Shown here in pieces: positions 26,371 to 40,149 of a stretch of 64,000 nucleotides of DNA. Numbering within the stretch: the stretch's first letter is position 1; each line of letters opens with the position of its first letter. Source of the stretch: Eledone cirrhosa (lineage: Eukaryota); assembly GCA_964016885.1 (NCBI GenBank), contig OZ024764.1, forward strand, positions 10,354,001 through 10,418,000, given 5' to 3'. The position numbers were made by a program, and so were the translations under genes. The notes under the pieces are model-generated. The model saw nothing but the letters and a program-made list of their open reading frames with translations, did not search any database and was not told the DNA's origin.

Positions 26371-26820
26371 ACAATATATTAACAAATGGAAACTATATTT
26401 ATTATAAAACCATATTTATTTTATTATACATATTTCAAGGGCCACCAAGGCAGATTATGGTGCGCTTTCATCAGATAAAATATAATACAGGTTAGTTTTA
26501 TAAATAAATATTGACATACCCTGAAAAAATGCAACCTTAACTATCCAGGAAGCTCCAACCGTTAAGGTTGCATTTTTTCAGGGTATGTCAATATTTATTT
26601 ATAAAACTAATCTGTATTGTATTTTATCTGATGAAAGCGCACCATAATCTGCCTGTGTGGCCCTTGAAATATGTATAATAAAATAAATATGGTTTTATAA
26701 ATATAGTTTCCATTTGTTAATATATTGTATATTTACTCCACTAAGCTGTTGAGTGCTTTATATCAGTTATAAAAATATTTTAGCTTGTTGTATCCCAACA
26801 AATTAAATATAACCTCTACA
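26371..26820 (+). mobile_element. Fold-back hammerhead element (palindrome 26371-26730 plus unpaired tail)
   Basis: TATTTTAT-CTGATGA(26628)-stem II-GAA-ATATGTAT-A-ATAAAATA, with a mirror motif at ~26417-26482. Flanked by (TA)n. Confidence 0.8.
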
Positions 26821-26915
26821 TATATATATATATATATATATATATAGATATATATAGATATATATATGTGTGTGTGTATATATATATATGTAAGTATGTA
26901 TGTTTGTGCGTTTGA

Positions 26916-26967
<52 letters not shown>

Positions 26968-26997
26968 GTAAGTATGTATGTATGTTTGTGTGTTTGA

Positions 26998-27060
<63 letters not shown>

Positions 27061-27188
27061 CGTGTGTGTGTGTGTATATGTTGGTTCTGTTGTATACATT
27101 ACAGAACAGAGAAGGACATACAGCAGAAATGACCTCTATGGGGGCACCTATGTATATATATACACACGTATATACATACATACATATC

Positions 27189-27230
<42 letters not shown>

Positions 27231-27261
27231 TATACACATGTATATATATATACATTATATA

Positions 27262-27297
<36 letters not shown>

Positions 27298-27619
27298 TAC
27301 GTATACACATATATATATATATATATACATATATATAAATATATACATATACATAAATATATATACATACATATATATATATCTGTGTGTGTATATATTT
27401 ATATAAATATATATATTAAATATTATAGTATCAATGTTATGCCCGGATTTTGTCGCACGTGATCAGCAGCTTTCGTTCGCCCACGCAGTTTATCCACACA
27501 CACACACACATATATATACATATATACATACACACATATATATATACACCTACATATCCGCATATACATACATTGGTAAACACTCTTTTCCCTTCTTCAG
27601 ACATAATAATAAACACACG

Positions 27620-27678
<59 letters not shown>

Positions 27679-27956
27679 ATATACACACACACCACACACA
27701 CGTATGTGTGTGTATATATATACACACACACTCTATCATCGCTTCCTTATTTATACATACATATATGTTTATATATATTCTTTCTATCATCACCATCATT
27801 TAACGTGATGATGATGAGAGAAGCTTTCATCAACCATCAACTCGTTTCATTTACATAACAAACATTAGTGTGTATATATGTGTATATATATATATATATA
27901 CATTCATGAAAACACCAGAGACAGACGCACGTGCGTGATGATGTGAAATGTATATT

Positions 27957-28004
<48 letters not shown>

Positions 28005-28216
28005 CGTTTCTGAATTTGTTTAGCAAGATTCTTTATCTGAAATCGTGTGTTGAAACCGATATTGTTATACTTTGGGAGGGTCATGTTGCCAATATGAAAC
28101 ACACGCACCAGTTGCTTTCACTTCAATTTATTATATATTTATAAATTTATAAATTTACAAATTTACAAACCTCTGGTTGGTTGGTTGGTTCCACAACCAG
28201 ATAGTTGTTTATATAT

Positions 28217-28261
28217 AGTCATAGTCCTTTCGTCACACACTCTGTGACCCCCTCAGTGACT
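28217..28261 (-). ncRNA. Hammerhead-like motif in a further dispersed family
   Basis: Minus strand: AGTCA-CTGAGGG-G-GTCACA gagtg TGTGAC-GAA-AGGACT-A-TGACT. The sister copy at 47515-47562 has canonical CTGAGGA. Confidence 0.6.
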
Positions 28262-28685
28262 GGATGATTCCTTTCTTTGTTTCTGTGCCTTTGCTTTCTT
28301 CTATCCCACAAGTGAATTCGGCCTACTTATATGAAATGATGAGTTAGCAAAGCACTTGATAAGATAGGACCTTAGAGTAATAACATACGTTTAAATAGCT
28401 TGACAAATCGAAATATTTTGACGCTATAGTCACATATATATCTGGAATACTGTTAGCTTCTCGCTACAACAATTTCTATACTTTTCATTTATATATATAT
28501 ATATATATATAGGAACGAGTAAGACCCCCAAGGGGTCTTACTCGTTCCTATTACCCACTCTACTACCCTAAGTATTGAGTACTTTGGTACATTATGGTCC
28601 ACTTGGTTCCTTACCACATTTCCTTCGTTATATATATATATGCAGAGGTTATATTTAATTTAAAATTTTTTATAAAACAAATCTG

Positions 28686-28751
28686 TATTTTATCTGATGA
28701 AAGCGCACCATAATTTGACTTGGTTGCCCTTGAAATATGTATAATAAAATA
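28686..28751 (+). ncRNA. Hammerhead ribozyme, 26620 family
   Basis: TATTTTAT-CTGATGA(28694)-AAGCGCACCA...TGGTTGCCCTT-GAA-ATATGTAT-A-ATAAAATA. Confidence 0.75.
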
Positions 28752-28954
28752 AATATGGTTTTATAATACAAATGCGTTATGGTACGCACCAAAGTACTCA
28801 ATACTTAAGGTAGTAGAGTGGGTAATAGGAACGAGTAGGACCCCGACGGCTGAGCTCAAGCCATTTCGACGGCTAATTCTGGACTAAAAGATTTTAGTCC
28901 AGGATTAGCCGTAGAAACGGCTTGACCTCAGCCGTCGGGGTCCTACTCGTTCCT

Positions 28955-29587
28955 ATCATCCTCATCATCATCATCATCATCATCGTTTAACGTCCATATT
29001 CCACGCTTGCATGGGTTTGGACGGGAGTTTTCCCACTTGAGGCAAGAGTGGTTGTCTTGCTCACATAGGACTGTCTGGCGGGTTTTCTACGGCTGGATGC
29101 CCTTCCTAACACCAACCACATTTACAGTGTGGACTGGGAGGTTTTTACCGTGTTGCCTACACGGCCACATTACAGCCTGGACTGTCTGGCAGGTTTTCTA
29201 CAGCTGGATGCCCTTCCTAACACCAACCACATTTACAGTGTGGACTGGGAGGTTTTTACCGTGTTGCCTACACAGCCACATTACAGCGTGGACTGTCTGG
29301 CGGGTTTTCTACAGCTGGATGCCCTTCCTAACACCAACCACATTTACAGTGTGGGGCTGGGAGGTTTTTACCGTGTTGCCTACACGGCCACATTACAGCC
29401 TGGACTGTCTGGCAGGTTTTCTACAGCTGGATGCCCTTCCTAACACCAACCACATTTACAGTGTGGGGCTGGGAGGTTTTTACCGTGTTACCTACACGGC
29501 CACATTACAGCGTGGACTGTGTGTTTTTTTGTCGTGACACCTACACGATCTCATTTGTCTCGGCCTGGATGTTGTGGTACCAACATA
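28955..29587 (-). mobile_element. RTE-tailed non-autonomous element with ~117-bp internal tandem repeats
   Basis: (CAT)n tail on the plus strand and four internal repeat units. Relatives at 48272-48660, 53866-54137 and 59850-60135. Confidence 0.7.
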
Positions 29588-29643
29588 TATATATATATAT
29601 ATAGATATATATATATATATAAGCAGGGAGAAGCGGACGTAAA

Positions 29644-29733
<90 letters not shown>

Positions 29734-30172
29734 AAAATTGAAAAGGTGGAGAATACATGGTCAACAGTACAAAAAAGGAGATTTATTTACAGTCTAACAA
29801 TTGTTTCACTGATAGAGTTGTCTAAAAATTGCTAAACATTGAAATCTCTAATCGGATTACCTATGACGATATCTTGTTACCCCCTCTCTCTAATCCTGGT
29901 AAGAGTGTACGCATTTCTTCTAACTTATACCTAATTGTGTATGGTTGATGGTATATTTAATCGATTCCCACGTGCTGTTGAAATATTGGGTAAATATTCT
30001 ATTGCGGTCGACCGCAAAGAGGCTGCTGTCGTTTATTTATCAAATATTTCTTCATAGGTGCCTTTTAATCTTATAGCCTGGTCTAATTGATTTTTTTGTG
30101 TGGTTGATTATGCTAATTGGGAGAGGAAATGGTGTATATATATTATCAAATGATTCTATGTACATACTTTAT

Positions 30173-30204
<32 letters not shown>

Positions 30205-30208
<4 letters not shown>

Positions 30209-30623
30209 CATCATTTTACATCTGCTTTTCCCTGCTTGCAAGGGTGGGACGGGAACTGATTCTGGCTTGATTTCTACAGCTGGATGCCCTTCCTAACACC
30301 AACCTCATTTACAGTGAGTGCTGGGTGCTTTTTTTGCCATGACACCTCCACGACCACTTTGCAGTGTGGGCTGGGTGCTTTTTTTGCCGTGACACCTCCA
30401 CGACCACTTTACAGTGTGGGCTGGGTGCTTTTTTTGCCATGGCACCTCCACGACCACTTTGCAGTGGAATGAAAGGGACCCCAGTCCCTATCATCTCATT
30501 TCTACAGCTGATTAAACTGGAGCAATGTGAAATAAAGTGTCTTGCTCAAGGAAACAACACATCACCCGGTCTGAGAATTGAACTCACAACCTTTCGATTG
30601 CAAGCCCAATGCTCTAACCACTA
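30205..30623 (-). mobile_element. tRNA-derived SINE (11144 family) with internal 49-bp repeats
   Basis: Reverse complement of 11157-11487. Confidence 0.8.
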
Positions 30624-30679
30624 ATATATATAGTAATATTTCCAGGTGGTGCTATTGATCTGGGCCAATACTGGCCGAA

Positions 30680-31104
30680 ACCTATCAAAGTAATATAGTG
30701 GAGTCTGTGCTGCTGTACGGGTCTGAGACTTGGACACTGACCAAGAAACTCACTCAGATGGTGGATGGGTGCTACACGAGAATGCTGAGGATGGCTCTGA
30801 ACATTAATCAGTATACACGGAGGATGAAAAACTCAGACCTGTACAGGAGCCTCCCAAAAGTGACACAGAGGAGACTGAGGTTAGCTGGACATGCTCATCG
30901 ACATCCAGAGTTGACATTGCACTCAGTGCTCCTGTGGGAGCCCCTGCATGGACACACTGGAAGAGGAAGACCGAGGTTAACGTATGTTCATGCCCTAAGG
31001 ACAGATACTGGTCTGTTGGAGACACAGGACATGGCAGCGATAATGAGGGACAGAGACCGCTGGAGAGAACTCGTCCATGGATCTCGGGAATTTTACCGGC
31101 CTTA
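30680..31104 (+). mobile_element. RTE LINE 3' fragment
   Basis: Encodes ESVLLYGSETWTLT...RRLRLAGHAHRH...GRGRP...RDRWRELV. Confidence 0.85.
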
Positions 31105-31381
31105 GATATATATATACACAGCAAATTATATGTTTTCTCTCACCCCCTACACACACACGCAGCAGTTAAAACCATTATTCTGCTCAGTACGTCTATACTT
31201 AAATGAAAGAAGGGTGTCAGATATTATATTACAAAACAGTCACACACACACACACATATATATATATACAAACACACTACTACACTACACCACAGAAATT
31301 CTTTCATATACATATATAAATAAATATATATTCACACACACATATATATATATATATAAATAAATAAATATATGCACACAG

Positions 31382-31434
<53 letters not shown>

Positions 31435-31438
31435 TATG

Positions 31439-31530
<92 letters not shown>

Positions 31531-31538
31531 AATATATG

Positions 31539-31594
<56 letters not shown>

Positions 31595-31700
31595 AATATA
31601 TACATGCATAAATCATCATCATCATTTTACGCCCCCCCCCACACTTTTCCTTGCTTACAAACACATTAACTATTACACTACATCAAAGAAATTCCCTCAA

Positions 31701-31757
<57 letters not shown>

Positions 31758-31801
31758 AGAAAAAAAGAGAATCAGTGTTGCGACGAATGGTATTTATTGG
31801 A

Positions 31802-31894
31802 CATATTACAATCGTTTCTCTGGCGACCAGCTCCAGGCACGATCGACGTGATGATCGAACCTGACTCCGAAAATCGCAAGGTCCTCAGACACGT
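31802..31894 (-). ncRNA. Hammerhead-like motif with extended stem II
   Basis: Minus strand: CGTGT-CTGAGGA-CCTTGCGA...TCGCCAGA-GAA-ACGATTGT-A-ATATG, followed by AATAAA. Confidence 0.55.
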
Positions 31895-32094
31895 CTTGAT
31901 TCTACGAGGCAGATTTTCGAATTTTTGTGATGTCATACTCTGTTCTGTGAAAGCATCGAGTGCTCAAACGGCCTACCGCATATGAACACTTTAAGCTTCC
32001 AACACCAATTATATATATATATATATATATATAAATTATTAAAAAAATAATGAATAAACAAAGAAACAGTTCCTTATATTAAACAAAAAAAGTT

Positions 32095-32238
32095 CATTAT
32101 TTTACGATCGTTTCTAGGATATATATGTGTTAGAGTTGGTATGCATATTCTAAAGATCTATGTACAATATTTATACAAACTATCAGAGGGAATATACATA
32201 CCTTCACATATATATGCTGTCTTCAGAAATAATGATAC
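32095..32238 (-). ncRNA. Hammerhead ribozyme, long stem II family
   Basis: Minus strand: CATTATTT-CTGAAGA-(~100 nt)-GAA-ACGATCGT-A-AAATAATG, with a perfect 8-bp stem I. Confidence 0.7.
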
Positions 32239-32432
32239 TTGTTTATTGATAAGAACAAAGATTCAATACAATAGGTCTGTTTGGGAACAGGTTTTGAATT
32301 GACCAATCAGGAGATAGTGAGGGTCAAGATAGATAGCATTAGGAGAACCTTAAATTATGGGTAGGGGAAGTAGATATATATATATATTATGAAAATAAAC
32401 CAAAGAAGCCTTCAATACATCAAAAGTCTTTA

Positions 32433-32477
32433 TTAGCCAACAATGTTTCGTCCTATTAAGGACTCATCAAGGCAATT
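32433..32477 (-). ncRNA. Minimal hammerhead, C3U variant
   Basis: Minus strand: GCC-TTGATGA-GTCCT taat AGGAC-GAA-ACATTGT-T-GGC. Confidence 0.7.
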
Positions 32478-32535
32478 AAAGCTATTAAAGCTATAAGAAG
32501 CATTATCGGCCAATACAAGCCAAAAAACTCAGAAG

Positions 32536-32608
<73 letters not shown>

Positions 32609-32729
32609 TATGTAATTCCAAAGGAAAAAAGAGTGCTCTATGTATAATACAGAGCCATTTAAATAGAAAGGAAACAACACAAAATATAACTACTCCATTA
32701 CTAAAGGTTTCTGGCTTCCAGGCAATATC

Positions 32730-33570
32730 CCTCACATCTCTGTCTAATGACCGATCCAGACGTACATACTATTATCATCTGTGATCCAGAGGGCACTATG
32801 GACAGTGAACTGCAATGTAGAATGGGAAAGGCTTCAACAGCATTTAACCAGCTTGTCAAGATCTGGAAGAGCAGGAAGTTCACCCCCAAAACAACGAAGA
32901 GATTCTACAACAGCAACGTGCTGTCCACACTCTTGTACGGAAGTGAAACATGGCACCTTAAGACCAGCCAAGAGAAGAAGTTGGACGCATTCGATTCCAG
33001 GTGTCTGCGAAAGATCCTGGGGATTAAATGGAGTGACCATGTAACAAACCGGGAAGTCAGGAACCGCACCAACCAGCAGCTAGTCTCTTCTGCCATCTGC
33101 AAGCGACGTCTGGGCTGGTTTGGACACGCTTTGAGACTTCCCCCGGAGAGACTGGCGAACGAAGTACTTAAATGGAGCCAGCAGGGAAGCAGAAGCAAGT
33201 TTTATGAAAGGTGGGTGAAAGTGGCGAGAATGGCCCGAGTGAATGGGCCTTCTCTCTATATCAGCCTGTAGGTTGAGGAAAAGGAGGAGGAGAGGAAAGG
33301 AGTACAAACTCTTAGTACTCCTGGAGATGAGGGTTGCACATTTTTTCGGGGGTATGTACCCGGAGAGACTGGCAAACCAAGTGCTTAAATGGAGCCCGCA
33401 GGGAAGCAGACGGAGAGGGCGACCCAATATGAACTGGCGCCAGACAGTTGAGAGGGACCTGCGAGCGACAAACAGACAATGGCGGGACGCTGTGCAACTG
33501 GCTGCTGACCGAACGCGGTGGAACACCATGATTGCCTCATGCGTTACAAGAGGCGGGAGCTTCTGAGTCT
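32730..33570 (+). mobile_element. RTE LINE 3' fragment, interrupted/partly duplicated at ~33195-33358
   Basis: Encodes RMGKASTAFNQL...LLYGSETW...RRLGWFGH...PPERLANEVLKW and resumes PERLANQVLKWSPQGSRRRGRP...RTRW. Confidence 0.85.
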
Positions 33571-33625
33571 GAGATCCAGAAACCTTTGGTAATGGAGTAG
33601 TTATATTTTGTGTTGGTCACTTTCT

Positions 33626-33738
33626 AATATATATACACACACACATATTTATACACACGCATATATATATATATTTATATATATACACACACACTCACAT
33701 ATATATATATATACACACACACACATATATATACACAC

Positions 33739-33789
<51 letters not shown>

Positions 33790-34389
33790 CACACACACAC
33801 ATATATACACACACACATATATATATATACACACACACATATATATACACACATATATATATATATATATTTATATATATACACACACACACATATATAT
33901 ATATATACACACACACATATATACACACACATATATATATATATATTTATATATATACACACACACACACATATATATATATACACACACAATATATACA
34001 CACACACATATATATACACACGCATATATATATATATTTATATATATATATTTATATATATATATATACACACACATATTTATACACACGCATATATATA
34101 TATATTTATATAAACACACACACACACATATATATATATACACACACACATATATATACACACATATATATATATATACACACACACATATATATACACA
34201 CACATATTTATACACACGCATATATATATATTTATATATATACACACACACACACATATATATATATACACACACATATATATACACACACATATATATA
34301 TATATATTTATATATATACACACACACACACATATATATATACACACACACATATATATACACACGCATATATATATATTTATATATAT

Positions 34390-34420
<31 letters not shown>

Positions 34421-34817
34421 CACACACACATATATATACACACATATATATATATTTATATATATATACACACACACACACATATATATACACACACACA
34501 TATATATACACACACATATATATATATATATTTATATATATACACACACACACACATATATATATACACACACATATTTATACACACGCATATATATATA
34601 TATTTATATATATACACACACACACATATATATACACACACACATATATATACACACGCATATATATATATTTATATATATACACACACACACACATATA
34701 TTCACACACACACATATATATACACACACACATATTTATACACACGCATATATATATTTATATATATACACACACATATATATACACACGCATATATATA
34801 TATATATTTATATATAT

Positions 34818-34848
<31 letters not shown>

Positions 34849-35107
34849 CACACACACATATATATACACACATATATATATATATTTATATACACACACA
34901 CACATATATATACACACACATATATATATTTATATATATACACACACACACACATATATATATATATTTATATATATACACACACACACACATATATATA
35001 TATATTTATATATACACACACACACACATATATATATATACACACACACATATATACACACGCATATATATATATTTATATATATACACACACACACACA
35101 TATATAT

Positions 35108-35153
<46 letters not shown>

Positions 35154-35159
35154 CTATAT

Positions 35160-35236
<77 letters not shown>

Positions 35237-35258
35237 CACACACACAATATAAGATGGT

Positions 35259-35313
<55 letters not shown>

Positions 35314-35325
35314 CACACACACAAT
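33626..35325. repeat. (TA)/(CA) compound microsatellite, ~1.7 kb
   Basis: Directly visible; the 573-aa ORF is an artefact. Confidence 0.95.
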
Positions 35326-36229
35326 ATAAGATGGTCAATTCACAGGCCCAGTGTGTTGCTGAATCTCCCTGAGAATTACATTCAGGGTACACGTGTCTGT
35401 GGAATGTTCAGTCATTTTCATTTACACCGTGTCACGCCAAATCGCCCTGAGAACTCTGTTAAACATACACACGCGTCTGTAGAATGCTCAGCCACCAGCA
35501 GTGTTAATCCTACTGTCAGGGAGACATGATATTGGGACAAAATTTAACCACTTTGCTGCTATTTCTAGCATATCTATTGACCAGGTCGGGAGCCTACCTG
35601 TCCACTCAGCACGTGATTACAAATTATAGATTCCCAGGTGAAATATTACAGCAGGTGAGTGCACAAGCCCCCACCCAACCCCGTCTCTATAGAAACTGAG
35701 GTGTAATTAAGGTGTCGTATAAAATTGTCTATCTGTCGTTCAAGGTGTTATTAGTGTTGTTTAGCTCAGGGCCAGGCCTGATCCAAGATCCTCCAGATAG
35801 GGCCATCCTGTCTCTTGTTGAGACATAGACACAGTCTATCTAGGACTACATTGTCTAATGTGTCCTTCCTCGTTGGTGTTTAGCCCCTGGTCAATCCTGA
35901 TCCAAGATCTCTCAGCTGGCACCAGACCATCCTGTCTTATATACAGACAGTGTATCTAGGACTACATTATCTAATGTGTCCTGTCTTATATACAGACACA
36001 GTGTACCTAGGACTACATTATCTAATGTGTCCTGTCTTATATACAGACACAGTGTACCTAAGACTACATTATCTAATGTGTCCTCTCTTATATACAGACA
36101 CAGTGTACCTAGGACTACATTATCTAATGTATCCTCTCTTATATACAGACACAGTCTATCTAGGACTATATTATCTAATGTGTCCTCTCTTATATACAGA
36201 CACAGTGTATCTAGGACTACATTATCTAA

Positions 36230-36415
36230 CGGTGGATTGGCAGTATCAGTAGAGGGTCGGACGCCATGCTTTCCAGCATAGTTACGTCCCTTTACGATCT
36301 GAGTTCAAATCCTGCCGAGGTTGACTTTGCCTTTCATCCTTACGGGGTCGATAAAATAAAGTACCAGTAATGCACTGGGTAATTGCTGGCCTTGTGCCAA
36401 AAGTAGAAACAATTA
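36230..36415 (+). mobile_element. tRNA-derived SINE resembling the common Octopus SINE, inserted in a 51-bp minisatellite
   Basis: B box GAGTTCAAATCC and body gactttgcctttcatccttacggggtcgataaaataaagtaccag...ggccttgtgccaaaa. Copies at 13406-13500, 41890-42074, 42716-42810, 60537-60726 and 60750-60970 (all minus). Confidence 0.8.
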
Positions 36416-36870
36416 TCTAATGTGTCCTGTCTTATATACAGACACAGTATATCTAGGACTACATTATCTAATGTGTCCTCTCTTATATACAGACACAGTG
36501 TATCTAGGACTACACTATCTAATGTGTCCTGTCTTATATACAGACACAGTGTATCTAGGACTACACTATCTAATGTGTCCTGTCTTATATACAGACAGTG
36601 TACCTAGGACTACATTATCTAATGTGTCCTGTCTTACATACAGACACAGTATATCTAGGACTACATTATCTAATGTGTCCTTCCTTGTAAAATCTCTTCA
36701 AGGTTGTGATCTGACATGGCCACGTCTTGACTCGTTCTACACAAAGTTAAAAGAACGTGTCTATGCGTGGGTGTGTATATTATATATATATATATTTATG
36801 TGCATATATATATATATATATATATTAAAATACAAATATTAATAAAATAGATGTTCTTTTGATCAATTAC

Positions 36871-36923
36871 ATTTTATTATACATATTTCGGATGTACAAC
36901 AGTACGTCTTCATCAGATAAAAT
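36871..36923 (-). ncRNA. Hammerhead motif, partly decayed stem II
   Basis: Minus strand: TTTTAT-CTGATGA-AGACGTAC tgtt GTACATCC-GAA-ATATGTAT-A-ATAAAA. Confidence 0.65.
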
Positions 36924-36979
36924 ATAATAATACATGACATACCCTGAGATGTTAAATGGTTAAGATTTAATCAAGGTAG

Positions 36980-37029
<50 letters not shown>

Positions 37030-37261
37030 CTGTGTGTATACTTACATATGTGTGTGCGTTTATAACGGTTTGATAAAACGAATATTGAAAAGTACTGAGG
37101 AGGATATGATCAATTAAATCAATGGAGTGCCCCAGCATGGCCATTGGCTGATGATCGAAGCCAGTAAAAGTGTGTGTGTGTGTATTTGTATATAAATATA
37201 TATATATGTCGTGCTGAGACAAACGGAAAATTATTCAGCGAAAACCGGTTAGATATATATA

Positions 37262-37378
<117 letters not shown>

Positions 37379-37512
37379 GCACACACACATCCATGATATA
37401 TATATATACACACACACACATATACACATAATACACATATATAAGGATGGGCAAAACGAAACAAAAAAAGATTGTATATATACACAGGTCGCGTATATAT
37501 GTGTGTATATGA

Positions 37513-37565
<53 letters not shown>

Positions 37566-37666
37566 TATAAATGTATATATATGTATGCATATGTATGCAT
37601 ATGTGCGTGTAATTGCTTGACACAGGTCGTGTATATATGTGTGTATATACACCACCTCTGTCTATG

Positions 37667-37726
<60 letters not shown>

Positions 37727-37807
37727 TATAAATGTATATATATGTATGCATATGTGCGTGTAATTGCTTGTATATGAATGCGTGTGTATATATATATATA
37801 TATATAT

Positions 37808-38250
37808 GGAAAGTTATATTTAAATTGTTGGGTTACAACTAGTAAATATTTATAACTGATATAAAAGCACTCGACAAATATTTGGAGTATATTTACAATA
37901 TTAAATAAATGGAAACTATATTTATAAAACCATATTTATTTCATTATATATATTTCAGGGATATCATATTAACAATATGCTATGCCTTCCTCAGACAAAA
38001 TACAATATAGACAGTTTTATAGATAAATAGATTCGACATACCGTAACAACATCGACTTGCATTTGAAAAGGTTATCAACCTTTTCAAATGCAAGTCGATG
38101 TTGTTACGGTATGTCGAATCTATTTATCTATAAAACTGTCTATATTGTATTTTGTCTGAGGAAGGCATAGCATATTGTTAATATGATATCCCTGAAATAT
38201 ATATAATGAAATAAATATGGTTTTATAAATATAGTTTCCATTTATTTAAT

Positions 38251-38256
<6 letters not shown>
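37808..38256 (-). mobile_element. Fold-back hammerhead element (near-perfect palindrome 37894-38256 plus left tail)
   Basis: Axis gaaaaggtt-atc-aaccttttc at ~38075. Plus arm: TATTTTGT-CTGAGGA(38156)-AGG...CCT-GAA-ATATATAT-A-ATGAAATA. Confidence 0.8.
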
Positions 38257-38299
<43 letters not shown>

Positions 38300-38382
38300 G
38301 TGTGTGTGTATAAAATTTAGAGACAACATATGACACGCAAATATACACAAAACATCATTTACAAGAAAACTATTACATAATG

Positions 38383-38422
<40 letters not shown>

Positions 38423-38697
38423 TATATATATTTTTATATATATGTAGTTTATATATATACAAATGATATTAGTATTAGTTTCAAGCTTGAAACTAATACT
38501 AATATCATTTGAACTGCCTCCTCATTTTTCCGTTTTTTGTTCTCTGTTTATTTATTAAACTATATATATATAGGACTCTATATCTTTGATATATTGTTTT
38601 TGTTTATGCCACGAAACTACGTAGTCGAGGAATTTAGGAACAGTTTGGGTATGATACATTTTATTACTAATTATATCTAAATGTTTCTTCTCTCTTC

Positions 38698-38790
<93 letters not shown>

Positions 38791-39142
38791 ATATATATGT
38801 ATATATATATATATGTATATATATACCAATAAAGTTGAGGAGCGCAATAGTCAGTCACGCATGACAACACACGCGTTTACTACTAACCACAAGCCCTCTA
38901 CACCGCCTTACATATAAATATATATATATGTATAGGGATTGGAACGTCCAGAGGTTCACCAAAGTGAGCACTCGATGCAGATCGAACCTTGAGCCGATCA
39001 CTAGCGAAACGTACGTCACTACTTAATAAACGTGATGAAGACAACAAACCATCCTTTTTATTATACATATGTGTGTATCCCGTGTTCAATCGGGGGTAAC
39101 CACAGTAAGTAAGGTACTCAATACATAGCAGAGTATAAATAT

Positions 39143-39264
39143 TTAATATAAAAATGGCTTCTACAGGACTAGGGCTGTTTCATTCGGGAGAAATCATCAG
39201 CTTCCTGATGATTTCTCCCGAATGAAACAGTTCTAGTCCTGTAGAAGCCTTTTCTATATTATAT
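39143..39264. mobile_element. Short fold-back hammerhead element
   Basis: GCTTC-CTGATGA(39205)-TTTC tccc GAAT-GAA-ACAG ttctagtc CTGT-A-GAAGC, mirrored on the left. Confidence 0.75.
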
Positions 39265-39639
39265 ATATCATAAAAAGGATTCCTTTCATTAAGTCTTTGC
39301 TTTAATAAAATGAATATTAAATATTAAAACTCGGTATTAAGTATTCTATTCTTTCAGCCATCAACCACATACGGATATAATACATATATATACATGTGCG
39401 TGTGTGTGTGTGTGTATATATACACATCCCTATCAAATAGTAAGGTACCCGACCACCTTGAGAAAGCATGGAGAATATTTAAGCGAATTTGTGAAATGTG
39501 TTGAAAGTTGTTGACAGGTAAATACATACATATGCACCTGACACTGACAGACAGGTTGACAGGTTGAGAGGTAGGTAGGTTGGTAGGTAAACACAGATAG
39601 AATTAAAAAAAAAAAAGAAAAAACAGAAGCGCGTAACAC

Positions 39640-40146
39640 ACACATCTAGGACCACATAAAACACGCAGGCAAGTAATACATACATCTAGGATCACATACA
39701 ACACATAAGCAGGTAATACACACATCTAGGACCACATACAACACATAAGCAGGTAATACAAACATCTAGGACCACATACAACACATAATCAGGTAATACA
39801 CACATCTAGGACCACATACAACACATAATCAGGTAATACAAACATCTAGGACCACATACAACACATAATCAGGTAATACAAACATCTAGGACCACATACA
39901 ACACATAATCAGGTAATACAAACATCTAGGACCACATACAACACATAATCAGGTAATTCAAACATCTAGGACCACATACAACACATAATCAGGTAATACA
40001 AACATCTCGGACCACATGCAACACATAAGGAGGTAATACACACATCTAGGACCACATGCAACACACAAGCAGGTAATACATACGGCTGGGACCACATGCA
40101 ATACATAAGCAGGTAATACATACATCTAGGACCACATACAACACAC
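39640..40146. repeat. 40-bp minisatellite
   Basis: Unit aggtaatacaaacatctaggaccacatacaacacataatc, about 12 copies. Confidence 0.92.
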
Positions 40147-40149
40147 ATT

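Noticed and set aside
29770-30130. Possible Penelope GIY-YIG remnant with a hammerhead
   Set aside because: Only the GAAACAATTGTT half is visible on the minus strand. No CUGAnGA box or recognisable protein motif was found by eye.
33608-35329. 573-aa ORF and the many other Tyr/Ile/His/Thr/Cys/Val ORFs
   Set aside because: They are translations of (TA)/(CA)/(TATG) microsatellites that happen to lack stops.
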